Below, piece after piece: positions 43,359-51,517 of a DNA stretch of 55,345 nucleotides. The DNA is from Candidatus Limnocylindrales bacterium (GTDB taxonomy: Bacteria; Chloroflexota; Limnocylindria; Limnocylindrales; CSP1-4). Where the stretch lies: assembly GCA_038915165.1 (NCBI GenBank), contig JBCLDE010000004.1, positions 1 to 55,345 of the forward strand, written 5' to 3'. Every line of letters begins with the position of its first letter. Position 1 is the first letter of the stretch. The position numbers were made by a program, and so were the translations under genes. Under the pieces are notes generated by a model, which saw only the letters and a program-made list of their open reading frames with translations, did no database searches and was not told the DNA's origin.

Positions 43359-44738
43359 ATGGACCGTTACGACATCGCCATCCGCGGAGGAACGCTCGTC
43401 ACCGCGACCGGCCGCGTCCGCGCCGACCTCGGCATCTCCGGTGAGCGGATCGCGGCGATCGTGGAGCCGGGCGCGCTGCTCGACGCCGAGCGAACGATCG
43501 AGGCGTCCGGGAAGCATCTCCTCCCGGGCGCGGTCGACGTCCACTCGCACCACCGCGAGCCGGGCTTCACCCACAAGGAGGACATCGTCACCGCCACCAG
43601 CGCCTGTGCCGCCGGCGGCGTGACGACCTCGTTCGCCATGCCGAACGTCCAGCCGCCGGCCAATACGGTCGAGCGCCTCGACGCCATGATCGACCTCTAC
43701 GAGCAGAAGGCGATCGTCGACTGGAACATCAACGCGGCGGGGACCGTCGTCGACGAGATCCCGGGCCTGGCAACACGCGGGATCGCCGCATTCAAGGTGT
43801 TCATGGTGGTCGACACCGGTCGCGACTACCCGCACATGCCGGGCATCGGCGTCCACGACCACGGCAAGCTGCTCGAGATCTTCGAGGCGATCGAGCCGAC
43901 CGGTCTGCCGCTCATGGTCCATCCGCACGACCAGGCCCTGATGACCCATATCGAGGAGGGCTTCTGGAAGCGGGGCGAGCGCGACGCCCTCGCGTACGCC
44001 AAGGCCTATGCCGCCCACGACGGGATCGTCTGGGATACGGCCGTGGCGCTGCTGCTGCGGCTCCAGCGGGCGACCGGCACGCGGCTGCACCTGCTGCATA
44101 CCCAGACCGAGGGCGTCGTCGAGCAGCTGCGGGTGGCAAAGGCGGCCGGTCAACAGGTCACCGCCGAGCTCAATCCGTGGGCCGTCTTCCTCGGTAACGA
44201 CTGGCCGACGATCGAACGGCTTGGCTCGTACGCCCTCAGCTACTACGTGCCGGAGAAGAACACGGAGCCACTCTGGCGGGCACTCGCCGACGGCACGATC
44301 GACATCATCTCGACCGATCACGCGCCGCACACGCGCGAGGAGAAGGAGCCGGGCTGGACCGACGGCTGGAAGGCCCACACGGGCACCCCGTCGACCCAGT
44401 TCTACGTCCCGCTGCTGCTCGACGCCGCGGCCGCCGGGCGGATCTCGCTCGAACGCGTCGTGGAGCTGATCGCGACGGCGCCGGCGCGGATCTTCGGGCT
44501 CACCCGGAAGGGCCGGCTCGACGTCGGCTGCGACGCCGACATCGCAGTCGTCGACCTCGACGCCGAACTCGAGATCCGCGATGAGATCGTGCTCAGCAAG
44601 ATCGGCTGGACACCGTACGCCGGTCGTCGCGTCCGGGGCGTCGTCGAGACCACCCTGGTTCGCGGCCGCGTCGTCTACGAGGACGGCGCCGTGGTCGGCC
44701 AGCCCGGCTGGGGCCGCCAGGCTCGCCCGGGTTCCTGA
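43359..44738 (+). CDS. cyclic amidohydrolase (dihydroorotase/hydantoinase class), paralog 3
   Basis: 'GAVDVHSHHREPG', 'GGVTTSFAMPNVQPP' and 'AFKVFMV'. Roughly 50% identical by eye to 22640..24031. Start trimmed to ATG 43359. Confidence 0.85.
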   Translation: MDRYDIAIRGGTLVTATGRVRADLGISGERIAAIVEPGALLDAERTIEASGKHLLPGAVDVHSHHREPGFTHKEDIVTATSACAAGGVTTSFAMPNVQPPANTVERLDAMIDLYEQKAIVDWNINAAGTVVDEIPGLATRGIAAFKVFMVVDTGRDYPHMPGIGVHDHGKLLEIFEAIEPTGLPLMVHPHDQALMTHIEEGFWKRGERDALAYAKAYAAHDGIVWDTAVALLLRLQRATGTRLHLLHTQTEGVVEQLRVAKAAGQQVTAELNPWAVFLGNDWPTIERLGSYALSYYVPEKNTEPLWRALADGTIDIISTDHAPHTREEKEPGWTDGWKAHTGTPSTQFYVPLLLDAAAAGRISLERVVELIATAPARIFGLTRKGRLDVGCDADIAVVDLDAELEIRDEIVLSKIGWTPYAGRRVRGVVETTLVRGRVVYEDGAVVGQPGWGRQARPGS

Positions 44739-44794
44739 ACCCCGACCGTCGGTCGGATCACCACCGGACACGTCACGCAAGGAGAACGACGACC

Positions 44795-45769
44795 ATGGCC
44801 ACCCGTTTCGGCCTTCTCGTCCCCCACTTCGGGATCGAGGCTGACCAGGACCTGCTGATCGAGGGATCCCAGCTCGCCGACCGGCTCGGGTTCGACTCGC
44901 TCTGGGTTCGCGACCACCTCGTCTTCCACCCGCACGGGATGGAGGGCACCGATCGGACGTTCGTCGAGCCGCTCGTCACGCTGACCTACCTCGCCGCCAG
45001 GACCGAGCGGATCGGGCTCGGGGCCGCGACGATCATCCCGTTCCGCCATCCGATCTACCTCGCCTACAGCATCGCGTCGATGTCGTGGATGACCCGCCGC
45101 CGGTTCGAGCTGGGCATCGGCGCCGGCAACTTCCAGCACGAGTTCGACGTGATCGCCCAGGGCGACGTCGACCGGCCGGCGATGATGCGCGAGCAGACGC
45201 AGATCGCCCGCGCTCTGTGGACCGGCGAGAGCGTCGAGTGGCAGAGCGAGTTGTACAACTTCAAGGACGTCGACCTGAAGCCACAGCCGCTCTTCCCGGT
45301 GCCGGTCTGGTGGGGCGGCGCGACGCCCGCCTCGGTCAGGCTGGCGGTCGACTTCTGTGACGGCTGGCTGCCGGGGCGGATCACCTTCCCGACGTACGAG
45401 GTCCGGGTCGCCAAGGCCCGCGAACTGGCCGCCGAACAGGGCAAGCCGATGATCATGGTCGGCGCCGTGCCGGTCACCTCGATCGCCGATACGCGCGAGG
45501 AGGCGATTGGGCACATGAATGTGGCGGGCCTGATCGACAACGCCAACCACCAGAAGTTCTGGCTCAAGCCGGAGGGCGGGCAGTTCACGACCTTCGAGGA
45601 GCTCGACGGCTCCGTCCTGGCCGGCACGCCGGACGACATCGTCCGCGGTATCCAGCGCTACCAGGAGATCGGCGCCGACCTCCTGATCATCGACTTCCGG
45701 ATGCGCTTCCCGGACTGGCTCGAGCAGATCGAACGATTCGCCCGTGAGGTCCTCCCGCGCGTCTCATGA
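44795..45769 (+). CDS. LLM-class (luciferase-like) F420/flavin-dependent oxidoreductase
   Basis: 'GFDSLWVRDHL', 'TERIGLGAATIIPFRHP' and 'RFELGIGAG'. 'AAGGAG' SD-like sequence upstream. Confidence 0.8.
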   Translation: MATRFGLLVPHFGIEADQDLLIEGSQLADRLGFDSLWVRDHLVFHPHGMEGTDRTFVEPLVTLTYLAARTERIGLGAATIIPFRHPIYLAYSIASMSWMTRRRFELGIGAGNFQHEFDVIAQGDVDRPAMMREQTQIARALWTGESVEWQSELYNFKDVDLKPQPLFPVPVWWGGATPASVRLAVDFCDGWLPGRITFPTYEVRVAKARELAAEQGKPMIMVGAVPVTSIADTREEAIGHMNVAGLIDNANHQKFWLKPEGGQFTTFEELDGSVLAGTPDDIVRGIQRYQEIGADLLIIDFRMRFPDWLEQIERFAREVLPRVS

Positions 45770-47469
45770 CGACCACATCGGCCTGGTATGGATCCGACCT
45801 CCTGGCCGACCGATTGGCCGGCCTGGGGATCGAGCACGTGGCCCTCAACCCCGGTGCGTCGATCCGGGGCTTCCACGACTCACTGGTCAATCCGCCCGGC
45901 CGAAGCCCGAACCTCGTGCTCGCGCTGCACGAAGGGATCGCGGTCGCCATCGCCCACGGCTATGCCAAGGCCGCGGGCCGCCCCATGGCCGTCGGCCTCC
46001 ACGACACGGTCGGGCTGCTGCATGCGAGCATGGCGATCTTCAACGCCTGGGCCGACCGCGCGCCGATGATCCTCGTCGTGGGCACGGGACCCCTGGACAC
46101 CGCCCGGCGGCGGCCGTACCTCGACTGGATCCACACCGCGGGCGAACAGGGTGAGTTCGTCCGTCATCTGACGGTCTGGAACGAGCAGCCGACGAGCGCC
46201 GAGGCGCTCCTGACGACGACGGTCAGGGCCTGGCGCGCCGCCCGGAGCACTCCCGGCGGCCCTGCCCTGATCGGCCTCGATATCGACCTCCAGGAGCAGG
46301 CCGTCGAGGCGCCAGCCCAGCCGGACCTGACCTTCCGGCTCGATGTCGCCAGGATCGGGCCGGACCCGGTCCTCATCGATGAACTCGCCCGCGACCTCAA
46401 GGCGTCCAAGCGACCGTTGCTGATCACGGACCGCCCGCTCTCTGCCGAGGGTTCGGCGTCGCTCCTCAGACTGGCCGATCAGCTGGGCGCCGGCCTCGTC
46501 GAACTGGGCGGCGGTGCGTCCTTCCCGGTCGGACACCCGCACGACGTGAGTGAAGGGACGCTCGAGGCCCTGCGGGCAGCCGATCACGTCACATTCATCG
46601 ACGTTCGCGACCCGGCCTTCGCCCTTGGGTCCGTCAACCTCGCGACGCGGCAGATGGAGGGCCTCGAGCACCTCCCGACGATGGCGAGCATCGGCCTCGG
46701 CAGCCTGATGGATCGCTCGTGGATCGTCACCGAATCGATGGGCCCCGAGCGCCTCGACATCATTGCCGACCCGGCCCTCGCCCTGGAACAGCTGGTCGAC
46801 GCCATCGGCACGGTGCGACGACCCCTCGACCCGGCGTTCGAGGCGATCGCCGCGAAACCGGCGCCGGCGCCCCCGGCAGCGTTGTCGAACGCGCGCGGGC
46901 TCCATCGCGGACACGTCGGGCGTGCCCTCGCCGATGCGCTCGGGGGAACGGACTGGGTGCTCGCCCACGGGCAGTTCGGTGGCTGGGCGCGGCGGACGCT
47001 GCGGTTCCAGCAGCCCGGCCAGTTCCTCGGTCGGTCCGGCGGCGAAGGCTTGGGCTACGGACCCGGCGCGGCGATCGGGGCCGCCCTCGCGTTGCGTGGA
47101 TCGGGCAAGATGGTCATCAGTCTCCAGGGCGACGGAGACCTGCTCTACACGCCGCAGGCCCTCTGGACGGCGGCCCACGACGGCCTTCCGCTCCTCATGG
47201 TCGTGGACGCGAACCGGACCTACGGCAAGGACGAGCTTCACCAGCGGGTCATGGCCAGGGAACGTGGACGATCCGAGGCGAACGTCGGGCGCGGGATCAC
47301 CATCGACGAGCCGACGATCGATCTGGCCGGCCTCGCCCGCTCCCTCGGGATCGCCGCCGAGGGCCCGATCGAGGAGCCAGGGGATCTGAAACTGGCCTTC
47401 CAGCGCGCCGTCGCGAGGGTCAAGGCCGGCGAACCGGCCGTCGTGGAGGTTCGGACATCCCCGGACTGA
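45766..47469 (+). CDS. thiamine-diphosphate-dependent enzyme (acetolactate synthase/benzoylformate decarboxylase-like)
   Basis: N-terminal PYR domain with catalytic-Glu context 'LALHEGIAVAIAHGYA'. C-terminal ThDP motif 'GDGDLLYTPQALWTAAHDGLPLLMVVDAN'. ATGA overlap with the upstream LLM gene. Confidence 0.85.
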   Translation: MTTTSAWYGSDLLADRLAGLGIEHVALNPGASIRGFHDSLVNPPGRSPNLVLALHEGIAVAIAHGYAKAAGRPMAVGLHDTVGLLHASMAIFNAWADRAPMILVVGTGPLDTARRRPYLDWIHTAGEQGEFVRHLTVWNEQPTSAEALLTTTVRAWRAARSTPGGPALIGLDIDLQEQAVEAPAQPDLTFRLDVARIGPDPVLIDELARDLKASKRPLLITDRPLSAEGSASLLRLADQLGAGLVELGGGASFPVGHPHDVSEGTLEALRAADHVTFIDVRDPAFALGSVNLATRQMEGLEHLPTMASIGLGSLMDRSWIVTESMGPERLDIIADPALALEQLVDAIGTVRRPLDPAFEAIAAKPAPAPPAALSNARGLHRGHVGRALADALGGTDWVLAHGQFGGWARRTLRFQQPGQFLGRSGGEGLGYGPGAAIGAALALRGSGKMVISLQGDGDLLYTPQALWTAAHDGLPLLMVVDANRTYGKDELHQRVMARERGRSEANVGRGITIDEPTIDLAGLARSLGIAAEGPIEEPGDLKLAFQRAVARVKAGEPAVVEVRTSPD

Positions 47470-47604
47470 GCGCGTTCCGGCACGCCGGCGACCCGCCCCC
47501 CCGTGGCGCGGGATCGGGTTGTGTACAATGGAACACAGACCTCCGCACGCTGCGTTTCGACAGGCTCGCAGGTGGCCAACCCCCACGACGCATAAGGTTC
47601 TGCC

Positions 47605-47973
47605 ATGTCGTCAGAGATTCACGTCGGACAAGCCTCGGACCTCGCCGACGGTCAGCGCCTGATGGTCCGACTCGACGGCAGGGACGTCTTCATCTTCGAG
47701 CGCGAAGGCAAGCTCTACGCCTTCGAGAATCTCTGTCGCCACATGGGCGGGCCCGTCGGTGAGGGGATCCTCATCGGCAAGGTCGAATCCATCCTGGATG
47801 AGAATCAGGCCCACGTTCGCGACCGTTTCAGCCCCACGGAGATCCACCTGGTCTGCCCGTGGCACGGCTGGGAGTACGACATCGAGACCGGCGAATGCGC
47901 CGCGAACCGCCGGTTGAAGCTACGCAGGTACCAAGCGGTCCAGCGTGGGGAGGACATCTATGTCATCGCCTGA
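47605..47973 (+). CDS. Rieske [2Fe-2S] domain protein (small, NirD/ferredoxin-like)
   Basis: 'CRHMGGPV' (CxH) and 'CPWHGWEY' (CxxH) motifs. 122 aa. Confidence 0.85.
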   Translation: MSSEIHVGQASDLADGQRLMVRLDGRDVFIFEREGKLYAFENLCRHMGGPVGEGILIGKVESILDENQAHVRDRFSPTEIHLVCPWHGWEYDIETGECAANRRLKLRRYQAVQRGEDIYVIA

Positions 47974-48265
47974 AGCGGCGGCGGACCAGGAGCTCGCGGC
48001 GGACGCCGCCCGTATCCTGGCCCAGGCAGACCGCATCCTGTCGGAGGGCCGCATCGCGGACGTCCCGGATGTCGCGGTCCAGCAGCTCCTGCTGGCCGCG
48101 GTGCGTCTCTTCTCCGCCAAACGAGACCAGGGCGATCGTCTGGAGGCCTTCGGGGCCAACGCGGTCACCGCGACGGATGTGGCGGTGACGGCGGTGGCCA
48201 TGACCGAGGCCGTCAACCTCGAACTCTTCGAGCTCGCCCTCTGGAACGGCTGGAGCAACATCTAG
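47960..48265 (+). CDS. hypothetical small acidic Ala-rich protein (101 aa)
   Basis: High third-position GC. ATG 47960 overlaps the Rieske gene end by 14 nt, and its TAG lies 4 nt before the next ATG. I recognise no family. Confidence 0.55.
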   Translation: MSSPEAAADQELAADAARILAQADRILSEGRIADVPDVAVQQLLLAAVRLFSAKRDQGDRLEAFGANAVTATDVAVTAVAMTEAVNLELFELALWNGWSNI

Positions 48266-48269
48266 TCCC

Positions 48270-49481
48270 ATGAAGACGATCGATACCGCCGGCGGCAGCG
48301 TCGAGCCGCGCACGTTCAACACCGGTGAGCGGGCAGGCTACAACACGCGCCTCCATCTCGAGCACGCGAAGCGCCAGGCCGAGGAGCGTGGCTTCAAGGA
48401 CATCCTCATCGTCGATTCGGACGCCCATCAGCTCAACGAGATGACCTATTTCCAGGACATCGCGAAGTACATCGACGACGAGGTCCTCCGCCACGAGGTC
48501 TTCAACGGCGAGGGCGGCAAGCTGATGTACCCGGGCTTCAGGGGCCCGCAGCACCAGAGCTTGGCCGGCCGGCTCGTGCGCTATCGACATGAGCACCTGG
48601 AGGACCTCAAGTCGGAGGTCCCGCCAGAGGTCGAGTTCTCACGCCGCCAGATGAACGCGATCGGCATCGACTACCAGGTCGTCTTCCCAACGGCGCTCCT
48701 GTCCCTCGGGATGCATCCCGATCCGAATGTCGAGACCGCCATGGCGTGGGCGTACACCCGCTGGCTGACCGAGGAGATCCTGCCCCACGCTCCGCACGTC
48801 AAGACGATGGTCTACCTGCCGATGAACCAGCCCGAGGCCTGTCTGAAGTTCGTCGAGCAGTTCGGCGACCGCCCGGGCGTGGTCGGGTTCATGGTGACCT
48901 CGGCCCGCTACCGGCCGGTCCATGCCAACGAGTACATGCGCCTGTACGGTGCGCTGCAGGAGCGTGGACTGCCGCTCTGCTTCCACGCGATCTATCACCA
49001 GCAGGAGCGCATGTTCGAGGGGATGAACAAGTTCCTCTCGATCCACGCCCTCGGGTTCATCTTCTACAACCTGGTCCACATGACGAATATGGTGATCAAC
49101 GGGATCCCGGAGCGCTTCCCGAAGCTGAAACTGCTCTGGATCGAGAGCGGCCTCGCCTGGATCCCGTTCCTGATGCAACGGCTCGACAACGAATACATGA
49201 TGCGATCATCAGAGGCTCCGCTGCTCAAGAAGCTGCCGAGCGACTACATGCGCGAGATGTTCTACACGACGCAGCCGATCGAGAACGGCGATCTCGAGTT
49301 GCTCGAGCTGACGCTCAAGAAGATCAACGCCGAGACCCAGTTGCTCTTCTCCTCGGACTACCCGCATTGGGACTTCAACCTCCCGAGCACCATCTATGAT
49401 CTGCCGTTCCTGTCGGAGAACGCGAAACGGCGAATCCTCGGAACGAACGCGTGGGACCTGTTCCAGCTCGACCGCCGCTAG
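48270..49481 (+). CDS. amidohydrolase_2 family (ACMSD/LigW/PicC-like metal-dependent decarboxylase or hydrolase)
   Basis: 'ILIVDSDAHQ' (N-terminal metal ligands) and C-terminal 'FSSDYPHWDF'. 403 aa. Confidence 0.8.
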   Translation: MKTIDTAGGSVEPRTFNTGERAGYNTRLHLEHAKRQAEERGFKDILIVDSDAHQLNEMTYFQDIAKYIDDEVLRHEVFNGEGGKLMYPGFRGPQHQSLAGRLVRYRHEHLEDLKSEVPPEVEFSRRQMNAIGIDYQVVFPTALLSLGMHPDPNVETAMAWAYTRWLTEEILPHAPHVKTMVYLPMNQPEACLKFVEQFGDRPGVVGFMVTSARYRPVHANEYMRLYGALQERGLPLCFHAIYHQQERMFEGMNKFLSIHALGFIFYNLVHMTNMVINGIPERFPKLKLLWIESGLAWIPFLMQRLDNEYMMRSSEAPLLKKLPSDYMREMFYTTQPIENGDLELLELTLKKINAETQLLFSSDYPHWDFNLPSTIYDLPFLSENAKRRILGTNAWDLFQLDRR

Positions 49482-49580
49482 GGTAACGACTCCCCCCCTG
49501 ACGTCCCGAACGGCGTCTGCCGGTGCGCGTCCCTGGAGCCCGACCGTGATGCCACCAAGCTGCCAGGATGGAGGATCGAC

Positions 49581-50627
49581 ATGAAGACCACCACCCAGAC
49601 CCAGGTCACCCATTACGAGGTCCAGAAGAAGCGGCGCGCCTCATTGCTCGAGGAATGGCGCGGCTATCAGAAGACCGTCATGCGCCGGGCCGACGTCGTG
49701 ATGCACGACGACCCGTTCCGGCGGATGCGGCGCGGGGTCTTCGCGGGCCACGACGGCGACCGCCCGACGATGAACCTCGACGCCTCGATCCACGAGATCG
49801 GGGCGAACACCACGAGCACGATCCACCGCCACTCGTGGGACGCGATCATGTTCATCGAGAACGGGACGGGCTGGACCGAGATCGAAGGGCAGCGCATCGA
49901 CTGGCGACCGTGGGACACGCTCCACCTGCCGGCCTGGGCATGGCATCGCCACGGCAACGATGGCGAGGCTCCGGCGACCTTCCATACCTGGAGCGTCCAG
50001 CCGATGCTCCAGCAGTTCGGCGTCGCCCTCCTCGAGGAGGGCGGCGACACGCCGGTCAAGGACCTTCCCCCGCGCCCGAAGCAGGTCGCTCCCCTGCCCG
50101 GCTCTGACCCGTATGCCCGGCGGACGCAGCGCCTCGCAAGCCAGTGGGAGGGCGCCGAGAGCGCGCGTCTGGTGACCCGCTTCGACGACGTTCGCGGGCT
50201 GGTCACGAAGCGCGGGGCGCGCAGCCTCTTCCTCGTCGACAAGTCGATCGGCTACCACACCGCCGGCCTCTCCGCGGTCATGCACGAGCTGGCGCCGGGG
50301 CTCTACCAGTCGCGCCACCGCCACGGCGGCGAGGCCTGGCTCTATGCCGTCTCGGGCACGGGCTACAGCATCGTCGACGACGTTCGCCACGATTGGGAGG
50401 CGGGCGACCTGATCGTCGTCGACCACTGGGCGTGGCACCAGCATTTCAACGCCAGCAACGAGCGGACGGCGCGGCTCATCCGGGTCCACAACTTCGACGC
50501 CCTGTACGACATGATGCGCGTCCTGATGGACCCGATGAGCCTGTTCGAGGAGCTACCCGTCCTGGATGCGCCGGACCTCTCGGGGATCGTCTGGCCGGAC
50601 CATCTCGCGGGCCGGCCGAAGGCATAG
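49581..50627 (+). CDS. bicupin dioxygenase (gentisate/salicylate 1,2-dioxygenase-like)
   Basis: Two cupin modules: 'HRHSWDAIMFIENGTGWTEIEGQRIDWRPWDTLHLPAWAWHRHGN' and 'HRHGGEAWLYAVSGTGYSIVDDVRHDWEAGDLIVVDHWAWHQHFN'. 'GGAGGA' SD-like sequence upstream. Confidence 0.8.
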   Translation: MKTTTQTQVTHYEVQKKRRASLLEEWRGYQKTVMRRADVVMHDDPFRRMRRGVFAGHDGDRPTMNLDASIHEIGANTTSTIHRHSWDAIMFIENGTGWTEIEGQRIDWRPWDTLHLPAWAWHRHGNDGEAPATFHTWSVQPMLQQFGVALLEEGGDTPVKDLPPRPKQVAPLPGSDPYARRTQRLASQWEGAESARLVTRFDDVRGLVTKRGARSLFLVDKSIGYHTAGLSAVMHELAPGLYQSRHRHGGEAWLYAVSGTGYSIVDDVRHDWEAGDLIVVDHWAWHQHFNASNERTARLIRVHNFDALYDMMRVLMDPMSLFEELPVLDAPDLSGIVWPDHLAGRPKA

Positions 50628-50629
50628 GC

Positions 50630-51517
50630 GTGCCGACCATCGCCATCCCGCCCGGGATCGAGGGGATCGTCGGGATCACCGAGCTGCCCGATCCGGCGTT
50701 CGCCGATCGGTGGGACCGGATCATCGTGGCCGACGCGCTCAAGGAACGGCTGCTCAACTACCTCGTCTTCTCGCTCCGCCATCGGGGCCGGTTGAGCGCC
50801 GTGGCGATGCCGGTCCACGGCCTGGTGATCCTGTCCGGCCCACCCGGGACCGGGAAGACGACGCTGGCCGGCGGCCTCGCCGACCGGGTGGCCCGCGAGC
50901 TGGATGAACCGATCCTGTTCGTCGACATCAATCCACACGCCTTCCCCAGTCAGCTGCTCGGCGAGAGCCAACGAAGCGTCGCACGCCTTTTCGAGCGGAC
51001 CCTCCCCGATCTCGCCGCTCGAGGCGTCACCACGGTCGTCCTGCTCGACGAGGTCGAGGCGATGGCCGTGAATCGCGCGGGGGCGTCGTTGGACACGAAC
51101 CCGGTCGACGTCCACCGGGCGACCGAGGCCGTCCTGTCCGGGGTCGACTTCGTGGCCCGGACCTGTCCCGGCGTGACGTTCGTGGCCACGACCAACTACA
51201 TCGCGGGCGTCGACGTCGCCTTCCTCTCGCGAGCCGACATCATCGAGGAGCTCAGCTACCCGGACGCCGCCGCCGTCCATTCGATCCTCGTCGATACGCT
51301 GCGCGAGCTGACCGATCGGCCGCTCGACGAGACGGCCCTGCTCGGTCTCGCCGAGCATTGCGCGGCCGCGAAGATCGACGCCCGGCAGGTTCGAAAGCTC
51401 GTCCTGCGCGCGATCTGCGACCAGCGCGAGCTGGCCCTCGATCCGGGGGCGATCAGCGTGCGGGACGTCGAGGCGACCTTCAACAACCAGCGGGGACGCC
51501 TGGAGTCGGCGATCTGA
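50630..51517 (+). CDS. TRIP13/Pch2 (bacterial Cap6)-type AAA+ ATPase
   Basis: 'WDRIIVADALKERLLNYL', Walker A 'LSGPPGTGKTTLA', 'DINPHAFPSQLLGESQRSVARLF', Walker B 'VVLLDEVEAM' and 'TTNYIAGVDVAFLSRADI' line up block-for-block with TRIP13 as I recall it. GTG 50630 lies 2 nt after the bicupin stop. Confidence 0.8.
   Translation: MPTIAIPPGIEGIVGITELPDPAFADRWDRIIVADALKERLLNYLVFSLRHRGRLSAVAMPVHGLVILSGPPGTGKTTLAGGLADRVARELDEPILFVDINPHAFPSQLLGESQRSVARLFERTLPDLAARGVTTVVLLDEVEAMAVNRAGASLDTNPVDVHRATEAVLSGVDFVARTCPGVTFVATTNYIAGVDVAFLSRADIIEELSYPDAAAVHSILVDTLRELTDRPLDETALLGLAEHCAAAKIDARQVRKLVLRAICDQRELALDPGAISVRDVEATFNNQRGRLESAI

Noticed and set aside
47524-47529. TACAAT hexamer, with the flanking TGTGT...ACACA inverted repeat, as the promoter or operator of the Rieske gene.
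   Set aside because: No acceptable -35 lies at a 16-19 nt spacing, and the inverted repeat is only 5 bp. It is worth checking with TSS data but too weak to annotate.
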